Assembly: GCA_028865035.1 (NCBI GenBank)
Contig: JAGWLB010000004.1
Span: 1,294 to 65,293, forward strand
Direction: 5' to 3'
DNA: 64,000 nucleotides
DNA from: Patescibacteria group bacterium
GTDB taxonomy: Bacteria; Patescibacteriota; Minisyncoccia; Phycocordibacterales; UBA9973
Part shown: positions 37,922-48,203 of the stretch, piece by piece
How positions within the stretch are numbered: position 1 is the first letter of the stretch
How the letters are laid out: every line of letters starts with the position of its first letter
Program-made: the position numbers and the translations under genes
Notes under the pieces: generated by a model
What the model saw: only the letters and a program-made list of their open reading frames with translations
The model's database searches: none
What the model was told of the DNA's origin: nothing

Positions 37922-40756
37922 CTAGACAACTATATTTAGTAATCTGTTTTTTACATAAATAATACGCTTGATTTCTTTATCTTTAATCCATGGTAAAACA
38001 ACACTATTCTTCAGAGCTATATTTTTAATTTCTTCTTCGCTTGTATCAGCATCAACAAGCAATTCAGTTCTAACTTTGCCGTTTACTTGTACTACAATTT
38101 TTGTAGTTTCTTCTGCTATTAACTTATTGTTACATTTTGGCCATTTACTTTTGTGTATAGATTCTTTTTCACCTAAGCTATGCCAAATTTCTTCTGTTAT
38201 ATGCGGAGCAAAAGGTGCAAGTAATTGTAAGAAAATTTTGTAATCATTTTTAGAAATTGTATCAACCCTATCCCATTCATTGAGAACCATCATCATCTGT
38301 GCGATAGCTGTATTAAATTTATATTGTTCTATATCATCAGTTATTTTTTTAATTGATTTGTTTATAAATTTTTCAGATGAAGTATTAGAATTTTTATCTA
38401 TTCTAAAAGAAACTTTCCATACTCTCTCCAGGAACCTATGAACTCCCACCACTCCATTGGGATCCCAGGGATAATTAACTGTGACACCGTACGGACCCAT
38501 AAAAGCAAGATACATACGTACAGTATCTGCTCCAAGTCGATCCACAATCTCATCTGGGTTAATAACATTACCTTTAGATTTACTCATCTTATTGCCATCT
38601 GGGCCTAAAATAAGTCCTCTATTCCTTCTTATCTTATAGCTTTCATTTTCTTTAACTAATTTCAAACTATGAAGTGCTTTGACCCAAAAGCGTGAATACA
38701 AAAGATGCATGGTCGTATGTTCTGCGCCACCCATATATAAATCTATAGGCATCCAAGCATTACGATGCTTTACATCTGAAAATGTTTTCTTATTTTTATT
38801 ATCTAAATATCGATAAAAGTACCATGATGAATCTACGAATGTATCCATAGTCTCAACTTCAGGTTTCCATCCTTTACCAAAAATCTTTTCAGTTCTTTTA
38901 AATAATTCCTTACTTCTAGCAAGTGGAGCTGTACCGTCTGGTGTATGATCCACATCGGTAGGTAAAATCCACGGTAAATATTTGTCTGGTATAGGGTGAG
39001 CTTTACCTTTAGGATCGTAAACTATGGGTATAGGTGTGCCCCAGTATCGCTGTCTCGAAATCCCCCAATCACGTAGTCTATAAGTATTTACTATTTTTCC
39101 ACCAACCTCTTTTGTAATCTTTACCCTTGCTTCTTCTGAAGTTAAATCATTAAACTTTTCAGAATTAATTAAAACACCTTCTTCTAATAAACAAAAGTTT
39201 TGCTTTAATACCCTATCCCATATAGTTGGATCAACAAGATTATTCTTTAATACAGCTTCTAATTCTTTACTATAAACCCAATCAAATCCATGCATCTGTT
39301 TTTCTTTTTCTGCTATAGCCTCTTGTTCATCATTATCTAAAACAAAATACAAGCCTTGTTGTATGTCATCCCTATTTTGGTTTTTCCCTGGTGCAAAAAA
39401 CTTTACCTTAAATGGTGCACCGATTAAATATTTAAAAGACAAATTTTTATATCCTGTTTCTTCTAACACTTCACGCTTTGCCGCAGAAACAATATCTTCA
39501 TTATCTTCTATACCACCACTAATAAAAGTCTTCCAACCAAAAGAATTCCAAGTTAGTATTAAATATTTGTCTTCACTCCAATGCTTTACTACTGCTCTTA
39601 TGACTCTTCTTTTATTTAAAGGCAATCCTGGACGCATTGACATCTCTGGCCTTGTATCTATTTTCTCTTCTGCAATGACGTACTTTATTGGCAAGTTATA
39701 TTTCTGTGCAAATTCGAAATCTCTCTCATCGTGGGCAGGTACGGCCATAACTGCTCCAGTTCCATAGCCAGCTAAAACATAGTCAGCTATCCATACAGGA
39801 ACTTCTTCCCCATTGGCTGGATTTATAGCTTTGATACCTTCTAGTTCTACTCCTGTTTTTTCTTTAGATTGTTTACGGTCAAGCTCGGATTTCTTTTTAG
39901 TATCTGAAATATATTTCTCTACTTCTTTTTTATTTTTAATTTCTCTTATTAAATCATTTACGAGTTGGTGTTCTGGCGCAAGAACCAAGTACGTTACACC
40001 AAAGAGAGTATCAGCACGTGTAGTGAATACTTTTACTTTTTGTCCCGTAGATAACTTGAAAGTAATCTCACTTCCCTCACTTCTTCCGATCCAGTTTTTC
40101 TGTGATGTTTTTATTTCTTCAGGCCAATCTAATTTATCTAGATCGTCTATTAGTTTATCTGCATATTTAGTGATACGGAGCATCCATTGCTCTTGGTCGC
40201 GTTGTATTACTTCGGCACCACAACGTTCACAACGCCCATCTACAACTTGTTCATTAGCGAGAATAGTCTGATCTTTTGGGCACCAGTTAACTTTTGTTGC
40301 ATTACGGTAAACAAGGTCTTTTTTTAAGAATTGGTTAAACATCCATTGAGTCCATTTATAATACTCTGGATCGCACGATACGACCTCTCTATCCCAGTCA
40401 AACACAGCACCCATAGAGCGTAGTTGCATACGCATTTTGTCCATCTGCTTATATGTCCATATTTTAGGATCAGCACCTAGCTTAATAGCAGCATTCTCAG
40501 CTGGTAGACCAAAAGCATCAAAACCCATAGGGTAAAGCACGTTAAAACCTTGCATTCGTTTGTAGCGCGCAAAAATATCTGGTACTGCAAAAGCATACCA
40601 GTGACCCACATGGAGATTACCAGAAGGATAAGTAAATTCAACTAACTCATAGAAATTCTTTTTCCCTTTTACATTATCTTTGACTTTATAGAGTTTTTTA
40701 TCTTCCCACTCTTTCTGCCATTTTTTTTCAATTTTCTTATGATTATATTCTTTCAT
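37922..40756 (-). CDS. leuS: leucine--tRNA ligase with inserted NUDIX domain
   Basis: HVGH, FTTRADT, GTGAVMAVPAHD, KMSKS, VQVNGK; Nudix box at 39517-39449. Confidence 0.97.
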   Translation of the reverse strand: MKEYNHKKIEKKWQKEWEDKKLYKVKDNVKGKKNFYELVEFTYPSGNLHVGHWYAFAVPDIFARYKRMQGFNVLYPMGFDAFGLPAENAAIKLGADPKIWTYKQMDKMRMQLRSMGAVFDWDREVVSCDPEYYKWTQWMFNQFLKKDLVYRNATKVNWCPKDQTILANEQVVDGRCERCGAEVIQRDQEQWMLRITKYADKLIDDLDKLDWPEEIKTSQKNWIGRSEGSEITFKLSTGQKVKVFTTRADTLFGVTYLVLAPEHQLVNDLIREIKNKKEVEKYISDTKKKSELDRKQSKEKTGVELEGIKAINPANGEEVPVWIADYVLAGYGTGAVMAVPAHDERDFEFAQKYNLPIKYVIAEEKIDTRPEMSMRPGLPLNKRRVIRAVVKHWSEDKYLILTWNSFGWKTFISGGIEDNEDIVSAAKREVLEETGYKNLSFKYLIGAPFKVKFFAPGKNQNRDDIQQGLYFVLDNDEQEAIAEKEKQMHGFDWVYSKELEAVLKNNLVDPTIWDRVLKQNFCLLEEGVLINSEKFNDLTSEEARVKITKEVGGKIVNTYRLRDWGISRQRYWGTPIPIVYDPKGKAHPIPDKYLPWILPTDVDHTPDGTAPLARSKELFKRTEKIFGKGWKPEVETMDTFVDSSWYFYRYLDNKNKKTFSDVKHRNAWMPIDLYMGGAEHTTMHLLYSRFWVKALHSLKLVKENESYKIRRNRGLILGPDGNKMSKSKGNVINPDEIVDRLGADTVRMYLAFMGPYGVTVNYPWDPNGVVGVHRFLERVWKVSFRIDKNSNTSSEKFINKSIKKITDDIEQYKFNTAIAQMMMVLNEWDRVDTISKNDYKIFLQLLAPFAPHITEEIWHSLGEKESIHKSKWPKCNNKLIAEETTKIVVQVNGKVRTELLVDADTSEEEIKNIALKNSVVLPWIKDKEIKRIIYVKNRLLNIVV

Positions 40757-40777
40757 TAACTTGCTAAATTTTACTTA

Positions 40778-41335
40778 TTATTTATTGAACTTCTTTATAG
40801 CAAGCCATATCAGTAGAGAAAGTGCGAGTCCTAATATAACAACTTTAAATAAATTATCAGCGAGTGACCAATATCGCATTGATGCAATAAGAAGGGACAA
40901 AACTCCACCCCATGCAAAAGATATAGAAAGAATTTGTACAGATATAAATCCTGCAAGCACAAGCAATAGGACACCAAACACTATCAATGTTATAAATACT
41001 TTTTTCTCATACGAAACGTGAGCTTTGTTGTACTTTATATTATTTGTATAATTTTGATCGCATGATCCACTAACCATTGTTTGCCCTTTTTCAGTAGGAA
41101 AAATATTCTCATTCCACTGACCTCCAACAGAAATACATTTATCTTTTGTTGTAATAGTTCCAACCACTTGTGTTTGCGGTATGAATTCGTCGCGAACTGG
41201 TTCTTTGAAAACAAGGGAAGCTGTGTAATTTGAAAATAGATTCAAAACTATAACAATAGCTGCAATAATAGCAACGTGAATAAATTTTAAAGCCTTTTTC
41301 TCAGGCTGATTAGTTGATTGATTTTGCATATCCAT
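40778..41335 (-). CDS. membrane protein with a Cys-bridged extracytoplasmic loop
   Basis: TM, CISVGGQW..GSCD, then ~3 TMs. Confidence 0.75.
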   Translation of the reverse strand: MDMQNQSTNQPEKKALKFIHVAIIAAIVIVLNLFSNYTASLVFKEPVRDEFIPQTQVVGTITTKDKCISVGGQWNENIFPTEKGQTMVSGSCDQNYTNNIKYNKAHVSYEKKVFITLIVFGVLLLVLAGFISVQILSISFAWGGVLSLLIASMRYWSLADNLFKVVILGLALSLLIWLAIKKFNK

Positions 41336-41396
41336 AATTAAGTATTATACCAGAAAGCGAATACATAATAAACAACCAATAAAATAAAAATTTAGG

Positions 41397-41972
41397 TCAT
41401 ATTTTAACTGCTCCTTTACGCAAAACAATAAGCTTGTGATTAGTGTACTTCACTAAAGTCGAAGGCTTGGCTACCCTAGATCCACTGTTTATATATAAAT
41501 CAATTTTATCACCAAAATACATTTTAGCTTCATTGATATTTTTAGCCGGTTGAAGTCCTTGAGGGTTTGCACTCGGTGCAACAAGTGGACCAACTTTATT
41601 TATTAGATTAAATAAATTTTTATTTTTCTTTCCAATCATACGAAAAGCTATGGTATTAGTACCTCTGTGTAAATATGATAATTTCTTTTGCGAGCAAGAT
41701 AGCACGACACTTATTTGTCCTGGCCAAACTTTATCTAAAAATTCTTTTTGCTCTTCAGACAAGAAAATGCCAAGCTTTATTATCTGTGTAAATGATGACA
41801 CTAAAATAATAAATGGTTTATTTTCATCACGCCCTTTTAATTTATATATTCGACTAACTGCTTTTTTATAATGTGCGCTGGCTATGACACCATAAATGGT
41901 ATCAGTCGGAGCAACTATTACCCCGTCTTTTTTTAAAATATTTACTGCTTTATTCCAAAGTCCACTAATCAT
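41397..41972 (-). CDS. tsaC: threonylcarbamoyl-AMP synthase (Sua5/YrdC)
   Basis: PTDTIYG, KGRDENKP, APSANP, KPST. Confidence 0.93.
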   Translation of the reverse strand: MISGLWNKAVNILKKDGVIVAPTDTIYGVIASAHYKKAVSRIYKLKGRDENKPFIILVSSFTQIIKLGIFLSEEQKEFLDKVWPGQISVVLSCSQKKLSYLHRGTNTIAFRMIGKKNKNLFNLINKVGPLVAPSANPQGLQPAKNINEAKMYFGDKIDLYINSGSRVAKPSTLVKYTNHKLIVLRKGAVKI

Positions 41973-42294
41973 GTTTGTCTATTTTCGCTGCCATAATAAA
42001 ATCATTCTGTGATAATCCTCCTATGGCATGAGTCGAAAGATTTATATTTACATATTTATAATCAACTAAATGAATATCTGGATGGTGGCCCTCAGTTTTT
42101 GCAATATCTCCGACTTTGTTTACAAACTCTAGGGCTTGATCAAAATTTTTAAATTCATAATGCTTGCTTATTGACTTAGCATCATTAGATATTACCCATC
42201 CTGGAATCTGTTTTAATAATATTTCAGCCTCTTCTTTGTTAAAGGGTATGACGTTCCCCTCGCAAGCTACACATTTTTGTTCAGTTAAATTCAT
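41965..42294 (-). CDS. pterin-4a-carbinolamine dehydratase; start moved to ATG 42294
   Basis: CVACEG, EGHHPDI, THAIGGLSQNDFIMAAKID. Confidence 0.92.
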   Translation of the reverse strand: MNLTEQKCVACEGNVIPFNKEEAEILLKQIPGWVISNDAKSISKHYEFKNFDQALEFVNKVGDIAKTEGHHPDIHLVDYKYVNINLSTHAIGGLSQNDFIMAAKIDKHD

Positions 42295-42400
42295 GAGTTT
42301 AATTATACAATACAAATTGTAAAATATAATCATATTTGACTAAAATAGCTTTTTATATTATTATGAAAAAAACATTTTTTCAATCAAAAAAGAATATCAA

Positions 42401-43261
42401 ATGAGACAACTAAAAATTGCAACCCAGATTACTAACCGTAATTCACAAACAGTAGAGAAATACCTTCAGGAAATTTCAAAAATTAAAATGATTACCCCAG
42501 AAGAAGAAACTATTCTAGCTAAAAAGATTCAACTTGGTGATCAAAAAGCTTTGGAACGTCTTACAACTGCCAACTTGCGTTTTGTAGTATCTGTTGCCAA
42601 GCAGTATCAACACCAGGGTTTATCTTTAAGTGACCTTATCAATGAGGGTAACTTCGGTTTAATAAAAGCAGCGCAACGCTTTGATGAAACAAAAGGGTTT
42701 AAGTTTATTTCTTACGCTGTATGGTGGATTCGTCAATCTATACTTCAGGCACTGGCAGAGCAGGGCAGATTAGTCCGCCTGCCTCAAAACAAAATTGGCA
42801 CTTACAACAAAGCAAATAAGGCCTTTATAGCTTTTGAGCAGGAACATGAAAGAGAACCATCCACCGAAGAGCTTTCAGAAATACTCGAAATGAGCGAGAC
42901 CGAAATCAACAACATTTTTCAAAGCAATATCCGGCATACTTCCCTTGATGCACCAGTACAGGAAGCTGAAGATATTCCTATGGGTGATCTTTTAAGTAAT
43001 TCTGACGGAAAAACAGATGAAAAAGTAATGAACAATTCATTACAAACGGAAATTAGACGTACATTAAAAAAATTGAGTCCAAGAGAGGCTGAGATTATAA
43101 AAGCTTATTTTGGCCTTGATAACGAAGACGGGGAAGGTCTTGATCAAATAAGTAAGAAGTATGACCTTACTAAAGAACGTATACGTCAAATCAAAGATAG
43201 AGCAATAAAGAGAATGCAGAGATCAAAAAACAGCAGTAATCTTAAGGCCTATCTTGGGTAA
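42401..43261 (+). CDS. sigma70-family factor of the Bacteroidota primary (RpoD/SigA) type, no region 1.1
   Basis: MRQLKI start, ANLRFVVSVAKQY, FKFISYAVWWIRQSI, LTKERIRQI. Confidence 0.93.
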   Translation: MRQLKIATQITNRNSQTVEKYLQEISKIKMITPEEETILAKKIQLGDQKALERLTTANLRFVVSVAKQYQHQGLSLSDLINEGNFGLIKAAQRFDETKGFKFISYAVWWIRQSILQALAEQGRLVRLPQNKIGTYNKANKAFIAFEQEHEREPSTEELSEILEMSETEINNIFQSNIRHTSLDAPVQEAEDIPMGDLLSNSDGKTDEKVMNNSLQTEIRRTLKKLSPREAEIIKAYFGLDNEDGEGLDQISKKYDLTKERIRQIKDRAIKRMQRSKNSSNLKAYLG

Positions 43262-43277
43262 TAATTTATTAAAAAAC

Positions 43278-43308
43278 AAAATCCAGCATTTATATGCTGG
43301 ATTTTTTT
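43278..43308. terminator. bidirectional terminator
   Basis: AAAATCCAGCAT-TTAT-ATGCTGGATTTT. Confidence 0.75.
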
Positions 43309-44422
43309 ATATCTTAAATTCTATAACATCTCCATCTTTGACTATATAATCTTTTCCTTCAGTACGAACTTTACCTTTTGAGCGAGCTTCACCATAACTA
43401 CCAGCTTCCAACAAATCACTCCAAAAGACAACTTCTGCTCTGATAAATTTATCTTTAAAATCTGTATGGATAGCCATACCTGCAACTGGTGCTGTAGAAT
43501 TGTGCTTTATAGTCCAGGCTCGTGTCTCATCCTCGCCTGTCGTAAAGTAAGTATCAAGACCGAGCAGCTTGTAACCCTCAGTAATCAGACTATTTATACC
43601 ATCATCTTCTCCACCAAGTTCTTTTCTAAACATTTCTTTTTCTTCCCCTTCAAAATCTTTTAACTCTTCTTCGATCTTCGCATCAAGTATTACATAACGT
43701 GAACCAGACTTTTCTATATAATCCGTAAGTTCTTTAAAAATTTCTGGATTCATTTCGTCTAAATTTTTAACTCCGCCCTTTTTATTAAGTCCATAGATGA
43801 AAGGTTTTAGTGTAAGCAGATTTAACATTTTAACTTTTTCTAATTCTTTTTCATCTAGCACACAAGCATTAGCAAGTTTACCTGATTCGAAAGTAGATTC
43901 AAGTTTAGCAAGAGCTTCATTTTCAATAATAGCTTCCTTGTCTCCTTTCTTTACATCTTTATTAATATTATTTTTGCGTTTAGATACAGTCTCAAGATCT
44001 GCTAAAATAAGTTCTAGATTTATAACTTCTATGTCACGTAGTGGATCTATATCACCATAGACGTGTATGATATCATTCCCTTTACCTTCATTCTTGATTG
44101 GAAAAATACGAACCATTTCTAAAATAGCATCAACTTCGCGAATGTTTGCTAAAAACTTATTGCCGAGCCCTTCCCCTTTTGAAGCTCCAGCAACCAGTCC
44201 AGCAATATCTACGAATTCTATAACTGCCGGAATAGTTTTAGCCGAATTTGAGAATTTTGATAGTTTCCATAAGCGTTCATCTGGCACAGGCACAATACCA
44301 ACAGATGGATCAATCGTACAAAATGGATAATTCTCGGCGGGCACACCTTTTTTGGTTAGCGCATTAAAAAGCGTCGACTTCCCCACGTTTGGCAGACCTA
44401 CAATTCCGATTGATAGTGACAT
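43307..44422 (-). CDS. ychF: redox-regulated ATPase YchF
   Basis: GIVGLPNVGKST, DIAGLV, IHTDF, EGKDYIVKDGD. Confidence 0.97.
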   Translation of the reverse strand: MSLSIGIVGLPNVGKSTLFNALTKKGVPAENYPFCTIDPSVGIVPVPDERLWKLSKFSNSAKTIPAVIEFVDIAGLVAGASKGEGLGNKFLANIREVDAILEMVRIFPIKNEGKGNDIIHVYGDIDPLRDIEVINLELILADLETVSKRKNNINKDVKKGDKEAIIENEALAKLESTFESGKLANACVLDEKELEKVKMLNLLTLKPFIYGLNKKGGVKNLDEMNPEIFKELTDYIEKSGSRYVILDAKIEEELKDFEGEEKEMFRKELGGEDDGINSLITEGYKLLGLDTYFTTGEDETRAWTIKHNSTAPVAGMAIHTDFKDKFIRAEVVFWSDLLEAGSYGEARSKGKVRTEGKDYIVKDGDVIEFKI

Positions 44423-44471
44423 AATAGAATGAATATAACAGAAAACTAATAAAAAAGCATCTTATAAGTAA

Positions 44472-45095
44472 TTAAACTTTCGAAAAACTTCGAGCTTTGA
44501 GTTTGGCCTTATGTATCTTGTATTCTGTAGAAAATGAAGCTACCAAATCCCAGAAATTTTTTGAATGATTCATCTCAACCAAGTGACACAGCTCGTGGGC
44601 AATAACATACTCCCTCTCCTCTTTTGAAACAAATAGCAGACGATAATTGAAATTTAAATTCTTCTTTTTTGAACAACTTCCCCATCGAGTTTTTTGATCA
44701 CGAATTGCAACTCTAGCATATTTGAATTTATATATTTCATTTATTCTTTCCAAATCAGAAAGAATAACCCTTCGGGCTTCTTCTTTATTTTTCAAATATT
44801 CTAGCCTCTCCTCTTTCCTTTTTAATCGTAATTTTAAAAGATGCTCCTTCCTAGCTTCCTTTATTAGATTAACTTTTTCTATTCGTGATAATTTTTTCGT
44901 TGTCGCTTCCGCTATTGAAGCCGATGATCTATCGGGAAAATCTTTTACGTAGACAAGTCTAACTGGACCTCTGGCTCGCGTGTATTTTGCTCCTAAGATA
45001 GAAGTATTATGTTCTTTGAGTCGTCGTTTTAGATCAGTCGTAATACCTGTATAAAGACTGCCATCTTTACATTGAACAATATATAAATAATACAT
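44472..45095 (-). CDS. GIY-YIG nuclease fused to a YgjP/DUF45 (M48-like) metallopeptidase domain
   Basis: YLYIVQC..LYTGIT.DLKRR..HN; QKTRWGSCS, HELCH, NHSKNFW. Confidence 0.85.
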   Translation of the reverse strand: MYYLYIVQCKDGSLYTGITTDLKRRLKEHNTSILGAKYTRARGPVRLVYVKDFPDRSSASIAEATTKKLSRIEKVNLIKEARKEHLLKLRLKRKEERLEYLKNKEEARRVILSDLERINEIYKFKYARVAIRDQKTRWGSCSKKKNLNFNYRLLFVSKEEREYVIAHELCHLVEMNHSKNFWDLVASFSTEYKIHKAKLKARSFSKV

Positions 45096-45221
45096 AAAAG
45101 GTATTATAACTTATTGTTTTATTTTCTTATATGTTAGTCAGATTTTTATGTATACATCAGATAAATAGCCAGTGCGCAATTAATAAAAAATAGAAGAAAT
45201 ATAATTTTTAAAAATTTTCAG

Positions 45222-47894
45222 TTATTTATTTTTTTGCCCATTCCTATAAAATAATTTTCTAATTTCTTCTAAGAAGATAATGCTTGCGGCAGTTGATATT
45301 ACAGCCAACCAATCATATAAATTCAAAGGAACTGTATGTAATATACTTTGCATAAATGGTGTATAAATAGCTAGAAGCTGTAAAATAATAACTAATAATG
45401 TCGCTTCAACTAAATACATATTCTTAAACGGGTTTACTGAAAAAATTGATTGATTTTCACTTTTACAATTCCAGGCATTAAACCATTGAAAAACTGCAAG
45501 TGTCGTCATAGATACAGTTAGGGCCTTATCTAATTCAAAATTAAGATATCTTGAAAAAATAAACAATGAACCAAATGCAATTATTAAACCCATAAATATC
45601 ATTCTTCTAGATGAAGACCAATCAAGGATATATTTAGAATGTTTTACACGGTGCTTCAGCAATCCATCTTCTTTTGGTTCCATACCAAGCGACACATCTA
45701 AAAATCCATCTGTTACAAAATTCAACCATATGATTTGTGACGGTAGTACAATAAGTGGAAAACCTAAAAATATAGATCCAATGATTGCTAACACTTCACC
45801 TATGCTCGTAGAAAAAAGATAAAGAACAACCTTTTTTATAGTTTTATATATACTTCTACCTTCTTCAACGGCTAAAATAATATTCCCAAAATTATCATCA
45901 AGTAATATTATATCTGATGCTTCTTTTGCTACTTCTGTTCCTATACCACCCATCGCTACACCTAGATCTGCATCAGCTAACGAAGGCGCATCGTTTACCC
46001 CATCTCCAGTCATAGCCACTATATCGCCTTTCTTTTTAAAGAGTTCTATTATTTTTAATTTATGAGACGGAGTAACTCTGGCAAACACGCTTACTTTATC
46101 AAATCTATCTAAAAGTTCTGCATCTGATAATTTGTCTAATTCTTCTCCTAGAATCACTTCATCTCCTTCATGTAAAATGCCTGCTTCTTTTGCGATTGCG
46201 CTGGCTGTGATCTTGTGATCCCCAGTTATCATTACAACTCGAATACCAGCAGAATTGGCTTGCAAGATAGAGTTATGGACTTCTTCACGTATAGGATCTT
46301 TTAATCCATAAAATCCTATGAAAGTAAGATGAGACAATTCGTCTATATGTACTACTTCCTTACTATTAGTATCTATAGCTATAGCTAACATTCTATATCC
46401 TTGATTCGACATTTCTAAGAATATTTTCTCAATCTCATCCTTTTCTTCTTTTAGCAATTTCTCTGATTTTTGTTTCCTCCAAACTCTATCGCATAGATTA
46501 AGCACTTGCTCTGGTGCACCCACAGCAGTTAGAAAATTTTTGTCTTCAAATTTATGAATATTTAAATGGTACTTTGTTATATAATCGAATGGTATTTCAA
46601 ATATTTTTTCTGATTCACTCTTTGAATTATTGAAACCAATCTTCTGTGCAAAAACTCCCATAGCCACCTCAGTAGGATCTCCAGAAACTTTCCATTTCTT
46701 TGATTCTTCTATATAAACCGCTTTAGCGTTAACACAGAAACTGGCTACTCTGCCTGCCATTAATAGATCAGGATGATTCAGTGGGTCAATTACAAGATTA
46801 TCTAATGATATTTCTCCCTTTGGCTCATAGCCTAACCCACCAATAGAATACATCTTGCTATCCACATACACTTTCTCTAATACCATTTCATTCTTAGTTA
46901 GAGTTCCTGTTTTGTCGACTGCGATAACATTCACTTGCCCTAGAGCTTCAACCGCTTGTAATTTCTTCACTAAAACATTTCTTTGGGTCATTCTCCAAAC
47001 TCCTGATGCTAAAACAATGGTCATAACAATAGGTAAACCTTCTGGGATAATAGATACTGACATTGATACAACAATAGCGAACATCTCTCTTGCACTATCT
47101 CCATGAGAAATACCTAAAAAGAATACAATCAAACCAATTACGAACACTGCGGCTATTATGATCTTTGAAAGATTGGCAATATTCTTACGTAATGGCACAT
47201 CTTCATCTATTGAAGTTATAGATTTAGATATTTTCCCTATTTCGGTTGATATACCAGTAGCTACTACTACACCATGAGCATAACCACTAGCAACATTCGT
47301 GCCTTTCCAAACCATATTTCTTTTATCTAAAATTTGTACGTTTTCAAAATATACTTCATCAGCATTTTTTTCTACAGGAATAGATTCTCCTGTTAGACTA
47401 GATTCATCTGCTTTTAATGAATTAGTTATTATTAATCTAGCATCTGCTGGTACTTTCTCGCCTTCTTGTAATATTATGATGTCACCTACAACTACTTCCT
47501 TGTCTGGTATTATGGAAATTTTATTATCACGTATAACAGTAGCTGAGCCTTCGATATAATTCTTTAAGGCTTTTAGAGTATTCTGCGCTCTACCTTCTTG
47601 AACTGTACCTACAATTGCGTTAAAGAAAATAACAAAAAGTATAATCACTCCGTCTACAAACTCTCCCATAAAGAGAACAATAATAGAAGCTATTATAAGT
47701 ATAATTATAAGCGGACTAAAAAATTGTGATAAAAAATTGTAGAAAAGGCCAGGAGTTTTTTCTTCGGGTAAAATATTCGGGCCATAAGTAATAAACCTTC
47801 TATTTGCTTCTTCTAAAGACAAACCTTTTTCAGTGGAATCCGCTTTTTTTAGAGCTTCAACTATTGAAATTGAATGCCATTTCGTTTCAATCAT
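45222..47894 (-). CDS. P-type cation (Ca2+-like) ATPase
   Basis: TGES, PEGL, DKTGT, GDGVNDAP. Confidence 0.95.
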   Translation of the reverse strand: MIETKWHSISIVEALKKADSTEKGLSLEEANRRFITYGPNILPEEKTPGLFYNFLSQFFSPLIIILIIASIIVLFMGEFVDGVIILFVIFFNAIVGTVQEGRAQNTLKALKNYIEGSATVIRDNKISIIPDKEVVVGDIIILQEGEKVPADARLIITNSLKADESSLTGESIPVEKNADEVYFENVQILDKRNMVWKGTNVASGYAHGVVVATGISTEIGKISKSITSIDEDVPLRKNIANLSKIIIAAVFVIGLIVFFLGISHGDSAREMFAIVVSMSVSIIPEGLPIVMTIVLASGVWRMTQRNVLVKKLQAVEALGQVNVIAVDKTGTLTKNEMVLEKVYVDSKMYSIGGLGYEPKGEISLDNLVIDPLNHPDLLMAGRVASFCVNAKAVYIEESKKWKVSGDPTEVAMGVFAQKIGFNNSKSESEKIFEIPFDYITKYHLNIHKFEDKNFLTAVGAPEQVLNLCDRVWRKQKSEKLLKEEKDEIEKIFLEMSNQGYRMLAIAIDTNSKEVVHIDELSHLTFIGFYGLKDPIREEVHNSILQANSAGIRVVMITGDHKITASAIAKEAGILHEGDEVILGEELDKLSDAELLDRFDKVSVFARVTPSHKLKIIELFKKKGDIVAMTGDGVNDAPSLADADLGVAMGGIGTEVAKEASDIILLDDNFGNIILAVEEGRSIYKTIKKVVLYLFSTSIGEVLAIIGSIFLGFPLIVLPSQIIWLNFVTDGFLDVSLGMEPKEDGLLKHRVKHSKYILDWSSSRRMIFMGLIIAFGSLFIFSRYLNFELDKALTVSMTTLAVFQWFNAWNCKSENQSIFSVNPFKNMYLVEATLLVIILQLLAIYTPFMQSILHTVPLNLYDWLAVISTAASIIFLEEIRKLFYRNGQKNK

Positions 47895-47927
47895 TATAGT
47901 TATATATTATAACAGATTTTGAATGTA

Positions 47928-48155
47928 TTATTGCATTGCCTTTTGGATTTCAGCTTGATGCATACGCATAACATGCATAGTAGCACTCATCTCACTCATA
48001 CCACCCTTGGTAAGAGCCTTCACTTCTTCTCCTATTTTTTTAAAAAGCTCAGGATTTTCGTTGATAAGTTTTATAAACATATCTTGCTGAGCTTTGGGCA
48101 AATCCTTCATTTTGGCACGTATTAATTTTTCAGCTACAAAACTTTTTATTGACAT
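47928..48155 (-). CDS. small Met-rich helical protein
   Basis: 75 aa; TATAGT-6-ATG. Confidence 0.75.
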   Translation of the reverse strand: MSIKSFVAEKLIRAKMKDLPKAQQDMFIKLINENPELFKKIGEEVKALTKGGMSEMSATMHVMRMHQAEIQKAMQ

Positions 48156-48203
48156 ATAGCCACTATAACAAAAAAAATGTTAGTATGCGAGTGAGTAAAT
48201 CAT

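Noticed and set aside
37163-40271. Plus-strand ORFs of 90-150 aa opposite the TPR gene and leuS (and similar ones throughout)
   Set aside because: Antisense shadows of well-supported genes, with no motifs.
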